64,000 nucleotides of DNA from assembly GCF_006345805.1 (NCBI RefSeq), contig NC_043005.1, forward strand, positions 98,642,001-98,706,000, in the 5' to 3' direction. The notes beneath the pieces are model-generated. The model was given only the letters and a program-made list of their open reading frames with translations, was not told the origin of the DNA and did no database searches. The DNA comes from Octopus sinensis. Taxonomy: Eukaryota. Made by a program: the position numbers and the translations under genes. Each line of letters starts with the position of its first letter. Position 1 is the first letter of the stretch. Shown piece by piece: positions 26,461 to 39,506 of the stretch.

Positions 26461-27250
26461 ATAATAACGAAATTATAATATAATATAATGAAATTATTGT
26501 ATACAGTGCTCAGGTGCACCACAACTTGTCAGAAAGTGCATATAACGTACATGCAGTAATGTAAAAATGTCTGGAAAGCGAACAATGTATGAGTCAGATA
26601 CATGCCTGTGTGTGTATAGTGCTCAGGTGCACTATAACTCATCAAAGGTACATGTGCAGTACATAGAATTATGTACAAGAGTCAGGAAAGTGAACAGTGT
26701 ATGAGTCCTGATATACATGTGTTCATGCATATGGAGTGGGGCATATCAGGTGTAGTGTTAGCGAATTTCAGGAAGCATGGAGGTTTTAAAGGATGCAATG
26801 TTTTGGCAACTCACAACTGATGCCGGTAGTTTGTTTCATGCTTTAGCAACTCTGAGTGGGAAAAAATGTTTCCGAAAGTCATGGGAGCAGTGCTGTTTTC
26901 TGACTTTGTAGGCATGCTCATGTGTGTTAGACACATGGAGCTCAAAAAGGTGCTCAAGGTGGTTGTTGGCATGATTGTTAATAATTTTGTGGGTGTTTAC
27001 CAAGTCAGTTGCCAGATGCTGGAGCTTCAATGTATCTATTCTGTCAGTACTTTGGTGTAATAGCAGTTCTTCATCAGTACTTTGGTATGACAGTTGTTAT
27101 CAGGAAACATAATTAAAGATTGCTTTCATTTACATGAATAATATCTTTTAGGAAATGCATGAGTATTATAATTTCCAAATTGTGACACCCATGCCTAAAT
27201 TTCCGTTTTCTAAAATTGCTTGAGCGAATTCTTTAAGACACAATGGAGAA
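26461..27250 (-). mobile_element. CR1/L2-type LINE 3' fragment
   Basis: Minus-strand HEHAYKVRKQH...RKHFFPLRVAKA*NKLPASVV is typical of the CR1-group ORF2 C-terminus, and an AT-rich (ATT)n-like tail lies at about 26461-26500. Confidence 0.7.
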
Positions 27251-28141
27251 GGTACTATATATATGATATCTGTGTTGCTAATAGTAAATGTAGAGGTTGA
27301 GTAAGACCCTTATGTATTTCATCACAAGCCTCATTGAACCAACTCTGACTGGTTTATGATTCCCATTTGGATTTTTTTTGTCATGTAGATTACTGGTACC
27401 TGTCAGAAAAGAATTGATATCAAAATTCCTCTTTTCCTTACGTCTGTCTTTCTGAAATATAAATCTATATTTAGGTAAAGCATTTGGTGGAAAAGCTAGT
27501 CAACTGGAAAACATTCTTATCTAATTTGGTGTATCACTGTTTTTGTATGAGTTCTAGGTTGTCAGTGCCACTTATTCCTCAAATTAAAAACAATTCTTTC
27601 CTGAAATGGAATTAACATAGTTCTACTTCTTATTTTTAGGTTTTCAAATTATAAGTGAATGGTTAACAAATCTTCCTCTAGCTAGAACACTTGTCTATTA
27701 CAGGAAGCATTTCCTGCAAGAGAGTTTGAACTTAGTACTCTAAGTTATTGAAATATTTAAAAATTCCAAGGTACTGCTATGGCTTACAACAGCGAATTTT
27801 ATTAACCTGTGGTCCCTACTTTCAGCTAGGTGAACTGTACTATTGACTGTTATTTTAGCTGTGTTAACAACTGTTGATGACTACATGTACTACTACTACT
27901 ACTACTTCTTGGCTGGTTGTCCAGTATCCTATTGGTTTGACCATTTCTATTTTCCATTTCTATCAGATGAATAGTTACCAGTAAACATACACAGTAGTGG
28001 TATGAATAGTGATGCATGGTAGTAATGTGGAATCAGTTGCAATTCTACATCTGTCATTTATATTTTACAATTTACCTATATATGTCTAATTATTATCATT
28101 AATGTGTAAATTACCATTTTTTATTTTTATATACTTATCAG

Positions 28142-28227
28142 CGGGGAATCTTAGCCAAAGAATTAACAGATGCTGTTTGTGTTGCTATCAATCATCGTTA
28201 TCAGTTAATTGCATATGGATGCTATAG
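28142..28227 (+). CDS. RIC1: RIC1 coding exon (approx. exon 7), RGILAKELTDAVCVAINHRYQLIAYGCY
   Basis: T-rich tract plus atcag acceptor and GTAAGT donor, 86 nt, phase 0-2. Matches human [27 protein letters not shown]. Confidence 0.92.
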
Positions 28228-28469
28228 GTAAGTTATGTTTTATTTCCCCTGGTTTCATGTGCTGTACTAGCAAATCGATCCCTCTGGGTTCTAAAGAATG
28301 TACTTACACTGCCACATTGATCTTTGTGTTTTCAAAATCTCTTAAATATCTGCTACTGCACATATCCATTGTAATTGCAGTCCTATGTTCATTCTTCCAT
28401 TCACCGACCCACTCACTTATTCAGTCACTCATTCCCTCATTTACTCTTTTCAAGTCGATGGCAGTGCTG

Positions 28470-28719
28470 CCTTGACTGGCTTCCGTGTAGGTGGCACGTA
28501 AAAACCACCAACCGATCGTGGGCGTTGCCAGCCTCCGCTGGCATGTAAAAAGCACCCACTACACTCACGGAGTGGTTGGCATTAGGAAGGGCATCCGTCT
28601 GTAGAAACACTCCCAGATCAGACTGGAGCCTGGTGCAGCCTCCTGGCTTCCCAGACCCCGGTCAAACCGTCCAACCTATGCTAGCATGGAAAACGGATGT
28701 TAAACGATGATGATGATGA
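28470..28719 (+). mobile_element. RTE-tail repeat (family B)
   Basis: Ends GCTAGCATGGAAAACGGATGTTAAACGATGATGATGATG. Confidence 0.8.
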
Positions 28720-29617
28720 AGTCATTCTTTTATCCAATCACTCGATCATTATCCGCTCCTGCAATCTTTCATTTAGTCACTCATCTGCTTACCTGTCCAT
28801 TCACATTCACTCATCTGCTTACCTGTCCATTCACATTCACCCATCTGCTTAATCACTCACTCATTACTTCCTTCATTTATTCACTCACTCATTCCTTTGT
28901 TTAGATTTTCTTCAAAAAAAAAAATGTTGTAAAAAAAAAAAGACACATAAAACCGGACTTTAAAATGTCTTGTCTTATGCCACATGTTTGTGTGTGGAAC
29001 TTCTGACTAGTTCTCATGTTACTCAGATATGGCTACTTGTTTAAAGATACTCTCCATCTGTCCCACCTCTAATACCATTACAACTATCACTGCCATTTTG
29101 TAATCTGCTGACAGTATGGTACATATTGTCCATGGGCTCAATGCAGTGATTGAAGCAGGAGTTAAAATTAATGGTTTTAATGTCAGCAGTCTAGCACTTA
29201 AGCCATTTATCCACAATACTGTGTATATACCCACTAAATTATAGTGGTACAAGTGAAAACTTCATCATTATGCAGGATAAGCCAACTTTCTGACATCCAT
29301 TTGTCTTTGAAACATAAACCTCATAGTGCTGCAACCATTTATAGTAGTGATTTGTTTACAAGCATTGTGAACTGGACTATTTGATATTTGTCCTGTCTAT
29401 GAATATTACGGATACAACACAATGTTGGTTATTAGATATGAACTTCTAACCTATCAACTGGTTGTCCTGTACGCTATCTCTGTGTTCATTCATGCTTTGT
29501 AGTTGAAAAGTTGGAATATTCTGAACTAGTGGCAGTTGTGTTTATTTCCATAAATGAATACAGCAGTTGCTGCTGATGATGGTGATTCAGCTGATGTTAA
29601 GATGTGTAGTTATGATC

Positions 29618-30054
29618 TTACTCTTTTACTTCTTTCAGTCATTTGACTGCGGCCATGCTGGAGCACCGCCTTTAGTCAAGCAAATCAACCCCAGGTCTTA
29701 TTCTTTGTAAGCCTAGTACTTATTCTATCGGTCTCTTTTGCTGAACCGCCAAGTTACAGGGATGTAAACACACCAGCATCGGTTGTCAAGCGATGTGGGA
29801 GGGACAAACACAGACACACAAACATATACACACACACATACATATATATGTATATATATATATATATATATATACATATATACATATATACGATGGACTT
29901 CTTTCAGTTTCCATCTACCAAATCCACTCACAAGGCTTTGGTCGGCCCAAGGCTATAGTAGCAGACACTTGCCCAAGGTGCTATGAAGTGGGACTGAATC
30001 CGGAACCATATGGTTGATAAGCAAGCTACTACTCACACAGCCACTCCTGCACCT
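29618..30054 (-). mobile_element. tRNA-head SINE (family A)
   Basis: Reverse complement of 22892-23309 and 48070-48484. Confidence 0.85.
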
Positions 30055-31078
30055 ATTCTTGTTTCTCAAATCCAAACAAAAAAGGGGTTGTTGTCTATGA
30101 GACTAGAATACATTTCTAAACTAATGTTAGCACAATTTTCAGAAAATCTCTCACAGGAGTTGTGTCAAGAATACTTGTGCTGTGGCTCTTGCTATGCAGC
30201 AACATAAAAGCTAGTTACAAATTTGATATTTCATCTTTTGTAGACAACAAATGTCAGTAGCACAAGAAAATAATTAAGACCCAATATCTTTCAACCATTA
30301 CCAAACCAGATTAGCTGGAATTTCTGGAAATCTTTTGGCAACAAAAGTATCATTTTGAAAAGTAGCCAGATTGGAAATTTCATTTCATTTGCTTACTTAT
30401 TCTCTCTACTTCTTCAGTTCATTGGAAAAGTTGTTCTATTCATATAATTTATTCATTATGTAGGAGCACTTCATTGTAGTTACTGATAGAATTGCAACTG
30501 CACATGGGGAAATGACCAACTTAGTGACCAAATAGAAGCTAGGCCAAATAGTTAAATTTTTACCTTGATTACAACTTATATTTGCAGCTATGGTCTGTAT
30601 AAGAAGATAAAGTGTGTGTATGTGTGTGTATGTGTACATTTATCCATCCTTCCATCCATAAGTTGTTAAATCCAGGAAAAGCTCTCTTTCTCTCTCCATC
30701 TTTTCTGATGATGAGTTTGAGTTTGTAACATCAGGCATTTCTATTTCCTTCCTTCTCTTGAGTGGAAGCCTATTAATTACCCTCTTTGTTTTCACTTAGT
30801 CTCTCATGTTTTTATTTTTGTCATTTATTGTATGTGTGCACATGTGTGTGCGCACATACATGTACACACACATACACACACACATGGTCTTCTTGAAAAT
30901 AGAACCCATAATTGTGTCAGTAAGTTAAATGGATGTCCATATTTGCAAAAGCTAACATAGAGATATAAAGTATTATAAATCCAATATTATGATATTAATG
31001 AAATAATATAAATTATTAATTAATTATGATAATACAGGTGTAAGGCCAGATATTTGACTGACTGCAATAATTGACTGG

Positions 31079-31381
31079 TGGAGGCACATGGCCTAGTGGT
31101 TAGAGCAGTGGACTCGTGGTCAAGGGATTGCGGGTTCAAATCTCAGACTGGGCGATGTGTATGTTTGTGAGCGAAACACTTAAGCTCCATGTGGCTCCAG
31201 TAGAAAATAATGGCGAACTTCTGCTGACTCTTTTGCCACAACTTTCTCTCACTCTTTCCTCCTGCATCTTGCAGCTCACCTGTGACGGACCGGCATCTCA
31301 TCTAGGTGGGAAACCTATACGCCAAGGAAACCGGGAAACTGGCCCTAATGGGCCAGACATGGCTCGAGAAGGAACAAACAA
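31079..31381 (+). mobile_element. tRNA-head SINE (family D-related)
   Basis: GGAGGCACATGGCCTAGTGGTTAGAG...GGGTTCAAATC head. The body is shared with about 63365-63400. Confidence 0.6.
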
Positions 31382-32379
31382 TAATTGACTGGTTCTTATA
31401 TTGTTGACCGTGGAGTAATGAAAGATAAAGTAGGCTCTTTAGAAATTGAGTTTAAAACATGAAAGGAATTGACAAAATGCAGCAAAACCTACAATTGACG
31501 GATTTTAAACTTAGCAAATGCCAAAGTTTTAATAAGCTGGAAAAATGACTAGACTCTATTGCCAATTGGGAAGTGGTCATACTCAATATTGAAAAGTAGT
31601 ATGTATGAATAACATGATGTATTTAGTTAAATATTATAATTCAACTGTCCACTGCCTTTAATAATAATTATTATATCTAAGATTAGTATAAGGTCATAAC
31701 TTTTGGGAGAGGGTAAAATCAACCAAACCCATTACTTAACATGTATTTACATTAACAACACTCTGATGAAAGGTCGTCAGTTTTGGTGGTGCTTGAATTT
31801 AGAAAATAAAGACACATAACAAAATACAAGGCAGCTTATCCAGGTCTTTATTGATTCAGCCATCCATTCAATATCAAAAATGATATCAGTTTTAAACTCT
31901 TTCATTGTCCCTTAGAAAAATTCACTAATTTTCTGGGCTTGGTCTGTTTAACCCGTTTACTGCAAAAATCAGATATATCCACTCAAAATTCCATTACTCT
32001 TAACTGCAGAAAGTTTTATATATATTAGTCTCTCATTTGTTGAGCAATATCATGTTTGAAACTACTTTTTGTTGAGATATGTCAAGTTTATTGAGGTAAT
32101 GTGACTTGCAGTAAATACCAATTCTATTATTTGGTAGATATTAAACATCATTACTGGAATAACCATGAAATTTAATTTCACATTTAAAGGGTTGATATGG
32201 AAGTCATAGAGATAGTTGTTGAGATGTGAAAATATTTGGTGTAGTCACTCACATGCTAGTCACTCTCATAGTCAATCAGCAGGGTATAGGTATTGATCAT
32301 TCCCATTAATTAGCATAGTCATACTAATATCAACTCTTACAAAAGGTAAAGATGTCCAAGAAAACAGTAACTGTAAGGG

Positions 32380-33700
32380 CATCAAGCTGCTGAACTGAGT
32401 TATGAAAGTAAGAGAAACTAGCTTAGATGCAGTTGGTGTACTAATGTTCATTTCTTAGTGGGACAACTGCTGGAGAGATTCTTAGCAGAAAGATAACCAC
32501 CGTACCTAGCATTAATTGTTCCAGAGAAGGACTTTAACAGGGTATCATATGCTGTAAACTGGTGGTCACTAAGACATCTTGATGTAGATAAATTGCTTGT
32601 GATAGCTGTGCAAGCCATGTGGAGAAATGCTTTTGGCAAGGTGGGCTTCAGCAAGGAATAGTGTGCTGGTAGGAGTTCATCAGGGTTTGGTTCTCAGCCC
32701 TTATGGTTTATTCTAGTTCTGCAGGCTATAACAGAAGCTACTTGGGAATTTCTGTGTGCTGGTGATTTAATTTTCATAGCTGGATCTTTTGAAGAATCAG
32801 TGTCGAAATTCCAAATATAAAAGCAAAGCCTAGAGTTAAAAGATCGTAAAATGGACCCTGCAAAAAAGATAAAAGCATCTGTGAAGTGACTCTGCTTGCT
32901 ATGAAAAGGAGTAAATAAGAATGTCATATGGGTGTATAAGACATGCAATGGCACCATAGATTGACAGAGAAAATAGACTCTGTATGTAGCAGATTCATAG
33001 GAGTAACTAAAATAAGATCACCAATAAAATATATTTTTGAAAATGCTAGGAGAATTCTCTAGAAGTAGTTGGTGATCTAATTAACTATGGAGGAGTGTAT
33101 TTTGAAAGCATACTAGCTAGAATAAGAATTGGATAGAAAAAATTCACAGCTAATTTGGATTGAATTACAATTTTAAAAATTTAGGCCAGAAGTCAAAAAT
33201 TAAGTTCTGGCATGAAGTCAACATTTATAAATAAGAACCTCTACTGGAAAGAAAGGGATTTTCTCTCTGAGTGAAGAGTAGATTATATGATGCTTATGTA
33301 CAAAATATAATGTTTCATGGTTGTATTGAATGCAGGTGAGAAACAATGGATGGAAGGAGATGAGGTGAACATGCTCTACTGGATGTGTAAGGTTATTGTG
33401 CTTGAAAGATGGAGCCCATATGAGCTGAGAGAAAAACAGGGCATAAAAGGAATCATATATGGAGCGCAAGAGAGAAATCTGAGCTGGTAGGGATATGTGA
33501 TACATATTGAAAATGACACCTGAGTAAAGAAGGGCTATGCAACCTAAGTGGAGGTAACCTGTAGGAGAAGGAAGGTCAGAAAGACATGGAGGAAGCTGAT
33601 CTTGAGGTTGAACCTCATGAAAGAGATAACAAAGAATCACTATGAGTGGCAAGATACAGAATTCCAGATCCCATCGCTCAAAACATGGAAAAATTAGAAT
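32380..33700 (+). mobile_element. Degenerate RTE LINE fragments
   Basis: FLVGQLLERFLAER-like and GGATGGAAGGAGATGAGGTGAACATGCT segments are collinear with the RT and C-terminal parts of 44410-46440. Confidence 0.55.
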
Positions 33701-35366
33701 TAAAATGATGACTAATATGGTCAGCTTTAACCCTTTAGCATTCAGATTGCTCAGTCAAGTGTAATTAATGATTATTTATTCACATTGTTTTGAATTAATC
33801 ATGCTTTATCTTGTAGATTTGAACTTTCAATGATGTAATTGTCTATTTTTAGAATGATACTATAGGATAAGTATGAGAGGCCGTATCTGGCCAGTTTGAA
33901 CATAAAACAGTTAGAATATTTGGGCCAGATATGGCTGATTTAAATGCCAAAGAGCTAAACACAGCACTAGTGTAACATTTGAGGATGGCTGTTAAGTGTA
34001 GGAAAGATACTAGAGACAATGGTTGCTGACGACTGTGGACTTGAGGAGATTGCAGTGATTAACAAGTTAATTTATACTTACAGTAGACATTATTTAAATT
34101 TACAGTAGCTGACAAAAGAACTGTTAGAAAATTAACTTGCTACATAAATTCATCTCTTTTCTTCATATTTTGATTTCAAGACTAGACTTTTGGTTAACAT
34201 GACAATTGTACTTGGTTGTTTTTAGAAAGCAATGAGTTAAGAATTGACTGGTATTATAAATTAAAGTCTTGAAATTTGGCATGAAATACAATTTGAGAAA
34301 TTTATGCTAATAGGTCAAACGGTAATTTCTGGCATGAAGTCAACATTTATAAATTAGGTTACACAAGATTTTGGGGGAAAATTAACCTCAACAGTTTTGT
34401 AACAGAGTGGCTTATTGATCAGCAGTGATTGATAAAAAGAGAACAATTTTTCTGTTTCTATTTCTTTCAGCAAAGACTCTTCAAAAAATATCTAGCAGTG
34501 AGGCTTATTTGGGTATTGAGATGTTTGTGAGACTTTTGAGAGAGAAATAATTTCAATATTATAAATTGTTGAGTTGTTTGTGAGGTATTAAACAAAGAAA
34601 TGAATGCTTTTGAATTGTAATTATTAGCTGTTTAAAATATTCTTGAATAGAATAAAGCTTTACTATTTTATGGAAAAGAGTCCCAACTGGTTGAGATGGG
34701 TTAATAGTTTGTATTATAACTTTAGTTTTTACAGCCTCTAGAGTTTCTCAGTTGGATTTGAGATATTTACTCAACTCCCAGTTGTCCAATATATATATTT
34801 GATTGTAAATATATTCCTTGAAGAAATAACATCAGTGATACAAACAGCTTCAGCCCTGCTTAAGAAGTTATATAATACATGGATAGAAGATTAAACTTGT
34901 ATGTGGGTGTTAGATCAAATTTCATTGTGTGATTTACATTCTAGCTGTGACCACCATATTTTTACTGTGAGCTTGCTGTCATAAGATTTAAAATTTATTT
35001 GTCTAACATTTCAAAGCTGATAGGAAAATAATGCGAAATTTACTGTTACAATGAATAAGTAGTTGAGTAGCAAATAGAAAAATGTGCAATCTGTAGTTGT
35101 ACAACTGCTGCTTAAATAGACTTTGTTTGCCACTTATTGCCATCTCAGAGACTTGATAAAAAAAGTACCAAATCAATTAAGATGTGGATGAGTGATTTTT
35201 GGCCCAAAGGGTATTTCAGATCAGATGTTGGTGGACTTAGCTTTGGATTTCAATCTAGTCCCCAGTTGTAACAAAATGTTTGATAAGCATACAACAGGGA
35301 AACTTTGAAATTAAGCAATTTTCTACTATCAAAAATAAGGAGTTAAAATAACCTTTCAAGACAACA

Positions 35367-35567
35367 TTACTCTTTTACTTGTTTCAGTCATTTGACTGCA
35401 GCCATGCTGGAGCACTGCCTTTAGTCGAGCAAATCAACCCCGGGACTTATTCTTTATAAGCTTGGTACTTATTCTATCGGCCTTTTTGCCGAAGCGCTAA
35501 ATGACGGGGACATAAACACAGCAGCATCGGTTGTCAAGCAATGCCAGAGAGACAAACAAACACACAA

Positions 35568-35621
<54 letters not shown>

Positions 35622-35850
35622 CCATGCTAGCATGGAAAACGGACGCTAAATGATGATGATGATATATATACATATATACATATATACGACAGGCTTCTTT
35701 CAGTTTCTGTCTACCAAATCCACTCACAAGGCTTTGGTCGGCCCGAGGCTATAGTAGAAAACACTTGCCCAAGGTGCCACGCAGTGGACCTGAAACCGGA
35801 ACCATGTGGTTGTTATGCAAGCTACTTACCACACAGCCACTCCTGCACCT
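35367..35850 (-). mobile_element. tRNA-head SINE (family A) with an embedded family-B tail fragment
   Basis: Reverse complement of the family A consensus. CCATGCTAGCATGGAAAACGGACG is inserted in the internal microsatellite. Confidence 0.8.
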
Positions 35851-36012
35851 ACGATTCTGTAATAAATATATTAATTATGCTTGTGCACACACACACACAC
35901 ACACACGCATTATATGTACATCTGTGTTAGAACTAATTAATGACCGCCATCATCATCACCACCTTCATTAATGTTTCTTGCTGTTGTCACTGCTTCCATC
36001 ACCATCAATTCC

Positions 36013-36682
36013 ACTACCTTCACCATTATTGACTACCTTCATCATTATTGACTACCTTCACCATTATTGACTACCTTCACCATTATTGACTACCTTCACC
36101 ATTATTGACTACCTTCACCATTATTGACTACCTTCACCATTATTGACTACCTTCACCATTATTGACTACCTTCACCATTATTGACTACCTTCACCATTAT
36201 TGACTACCTTCACCATTATTGACTACCTTCACCATTATTGACTACCTTCACCATTATTGACTACCTTCACCATTATTGACTACCTTCACCATTATTGACT
36301 ACCTTCACCATTATTGACTACCTTCACCATTATTGACTACCTTCACCATTATTGACTACCTTCACCATTATTGACTACCTTCACCATTATTGACTACCTT
36401 CACCATTATTGACTACCTTCACCATTATTGACTACCTTCACCATTATTGACTACCTTCACCATTATTGACTACCTTCACCATTATTGACTACCTTCACCA
36501 TTATTGACTACCTTCACCATTATTGACTACCTTCACCATTATTGACTACCTTCACCATTATTGACTACCTTCACCATTATTGACTACCTTCACCATTATT
36601 GACTACCTTCACCATTATTGACTACCTTCACCATTATTGACTACCTTCACCATTATTGACTACCTTCACCATTATTGACTAT
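36013..36682. repeat. 19-bp minisatellite (ACTACCTTCACCATTATTG), about 35 copies
   Basis: Period of 19 read directly. Copies are essentially identical apart from one C>T in copy 2. Confidence 0.97.
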
Positions 36683-36948
36683 CTTCTCCATCACCATTTT
36701 TTCTGTGTGTTCATCCTGTGCAAGAGAGACCACAAGAACAACATTAGATATTGAAACTGCATTTCTTACGACTGAAGAGAGTGCAGCTGCTAAAATCAGT
36801 ATATTCTAATAGCCTTGTTGCTTTTAAACTCTGAATGTCCATGTTATGGTATATGAAAGTAAACAATCATTTTTTGCTTCCTTGTACTTCAGATAGTGTT
36901 CTGTTAGCAGATATCTGTTCAGCTTCTTGTACAAAATTCTCATGACTT

Positions 36949-37197
36949 TCATCATCATCATCATTTCCTATGCTAGCATGGGTTGGACGATTTGACAGGT
37001 CTGGCGAACCAGACTCCAATCTGATCTGACAGAGTTTTTACTGCTGGATGCCCTTCCTAACGCCAACCACTCCTAGAGTGTAGTGGGTGCTTTTATGTGC
37101 CACCAGCACGAGGGCCAGTTTGGTGGTACTGGCAACGGCCACGCCCAAATGGTGCTTTTTACATGCCACCTGCACAGGAGCCAGTCCAGCAGCACTG
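36949..37197 (-). mobile_element. RTE-tail repeat (family B)
   Basis: (CAT)n...GCTAGCATGGGTTGGACG...GCCAACCACTC. Confidence 0.75.
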
Positions 37198-37885
37198 TAA
37201 TTGAAATATTTTTATTAATTGAAATATATATCAAGCAAAACACCTAATGGGACTCTTTTAACTGGGTTAACAAATACAAATAGCATTAAACTAACATGTT
37301 GTGGGTTACTGCTTGACTACCTTGGTTTGGTTAGCTGATGTATACCCCCAGGGAAGGTGTTGCAGTTCAGTAAGGGGTTGTAGACTAATTATACAAATCT
37401 GTAAAGAAATAATAAATTGTGACCATTATGACAAAAATGTCTGATTACTGTTAAAATGACTTTACTCACATTCTCCATTGTACAATAAATCAGTTTAGCT
37501 GTGACATGCTGTGAACACAGTTTATGTGTATGGGAACGCTTTATTGAGAAAATAAATCTCAGACAAAACGAATCATACAGGTGTACTCAAAAGGTGTAAA
37601 TGTTGCAGTTACAGAGATGAGCACACCTACCACAAAACCTTATGATGCATATATCACCATCATCTGTTTAATGGCCTATTTTACATGCTTGTATAGCTCA
37701 GACAGAATTTTGTTTTATTGGACTTTTATGGTTGGATGTCCTACTTGTTGCTAACCGTCACCTCTTTCCCAGCAAGTTAATATTTTCTCATGACCAGACA
37801 TCACAAATGATGTCAAGACAAGAGAACAGTTGCACACATGCACACACACACTTATGCACACACATATGTACACACACACACACAC

Positions 37886-37917
<32 letters not shown>

Positions 37918-37919
<2 letters not shown>

Positions 37920-38211
37920 CAATTGCAGCGTGGAAGGTGTTTATAAGCCATTTAAGAAACACACAAAAGCCGTTCGATTCACTTCAACATTTAAGTTTAA
38001 TTTGTCAAATTATTTTCGTCGCTAAAATCCGCGACCTGTTCACTGACAAAGTCCGTGCAAAGAGATGCAGCACGGATTTTTGTCAGTGAACAGGTCGCGG
38101 ATTTTAGCGACGAAAATATTTTGACAAATTAAACTTAAATGTTGAAGTGAATCGAACGGCTTTTGTGTGTTTCTTAAATGGCTTATAAACACCTTCCACG
38201 CTGCAATTGTT
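37918..38211. repeat. 294-bp near-perfect palindrome (about 141-bp arms, 11-nt loop), Penelope-like fold-back
   Basis: AACAATTGCAGCGTGG...TCCGTGC / GCACGGA...CCACGCTGCAATTGTT, adjacent to (TA)n. Confidence 0.92.
38079..38128 (+). ncRNA. Putative minimal type I hammerhead ribozyme (G3-C8 core variant); mirror copy on the minus strand in the left arm
   Basis: Stem I TTTGTCA/TGACAAA, core GTGAACA plus one extra G, stem II GTCGC/GCGAC, GAAA, palindromic stem III AATATT, UUU triplet. Confidence 0.55.
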
Positions 38212-38361
38212 TTCGTTTTAGCACACGATCTCAGATTAAATTACTTGCTATGCGAGTACATCTCCGTATATATATATAATAGAAATAATTATTTGAGGGA
38301 ATATTATTCCTAACTTACAGGGAAAAATTCAATTTAGAAATACTGAATCAAATTTCATAAA

Positions 38362-38401
<40 letters not shown>

Positions 38402-39188
38402 TAGAAAAAAACACCTTTTATCAATTCAAAATGAACAATTAAATTACACCATCTAGAAAATTACATATAATAGAAATATTAAAATTAAAATAACAATAAT
38501 ATACTAAAGATTAAGTAAATTGCAAAAAAATAATAATAACATATATTTGGTATATATATATATATGTACACACACACATACAATGGGCTTGTTTCTGTTT
38601 ACCAAACCCACTCACAAGGCTTTGGTCAGCCCAGGGCTATAGGAGAAGACACTTGCCCAAGTGAGGATGCATGACCTAGTGGTTAGTGTTGCACTCATGA
38701 TTGTGAGATCATTGTTTCAATTCCTAGCCTGGGTGGTGTGTTATGTTCTTGAGCAAAACACTTCATCTCACATTGCTCTATGATCACTTTAACACCTGAA
38801 GCATTGCACACCTGTTCAGGCAATGGCGATTTGATGGGCAGTGGGGGGGGGGAGTGAGCTAATATACAGCACATATATGTGATCACTATAAACACATCAT
38901 TTGTGCAGGTCATTTAGCAAAAAAGCTGAACTCTCTTATGTCACCTTCGACAGGAAAGTCCATCGCACACACACAAGCAAACGTACATACACATCTGCTG
39001 CATTTAAGTTATCAAAGGAAATAAAGATCCTGTGACGTGGCTGTGTGGTAAGAAGTTTGCTTCTCGACCACATGGTTCCAGGTTCAGTCCCACTGTGTGG
39101 AACCTTGGGCAAGTGTCTTCTACTAGAGCCTCAGGTTGACCAAAGCCTTGTGATTGGATTTGGTAGATGGAAACTGAAAGAAGTCTGT

Positions 39189-39227
<39 letters not shown>

Positions 39228-39306
39228 ATAAATATTAGGGAATAAATCCAAATTTACAGGGAAAAAAATCAGATTTAGGATTAAATCCAATTTTATAGTA
39301 AAATAT

Positions 39307-39445
39307 TATAAAATATTATTAGAGACAAAACCACTATTTTGCAAAACAAACAAGGAAAGACTTAATCAATAAATTTTATGTATTGATTAAGTCTTTCCTT
39401 GTTTGTTTTGCAAAATAGTGGTTTTGTCTCTAATAATATTTTATA
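39307..39445. repeat. Perfect inverted repeat, 65-bp arms with a 9-nt loop
   Basis: TATAAAATATTATTAGAGAC...TTAATCAATA / TATTGATTAA...GTCTCTAATAATATTTTATA, running into (TA)n. Confidence 0.92.
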
Positions 39446-39506
39446 TATATATATATATATATATGCACACACACACACACACGCACACACATGTATATAT
39501 ATATAT

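Noticed and set aside
36013-36682. CRISPR-like appearance of the regular repeat
   Set aside because: There are no unique spacers. It is a head-to-tail minisatellite in a eukaryotic intron.
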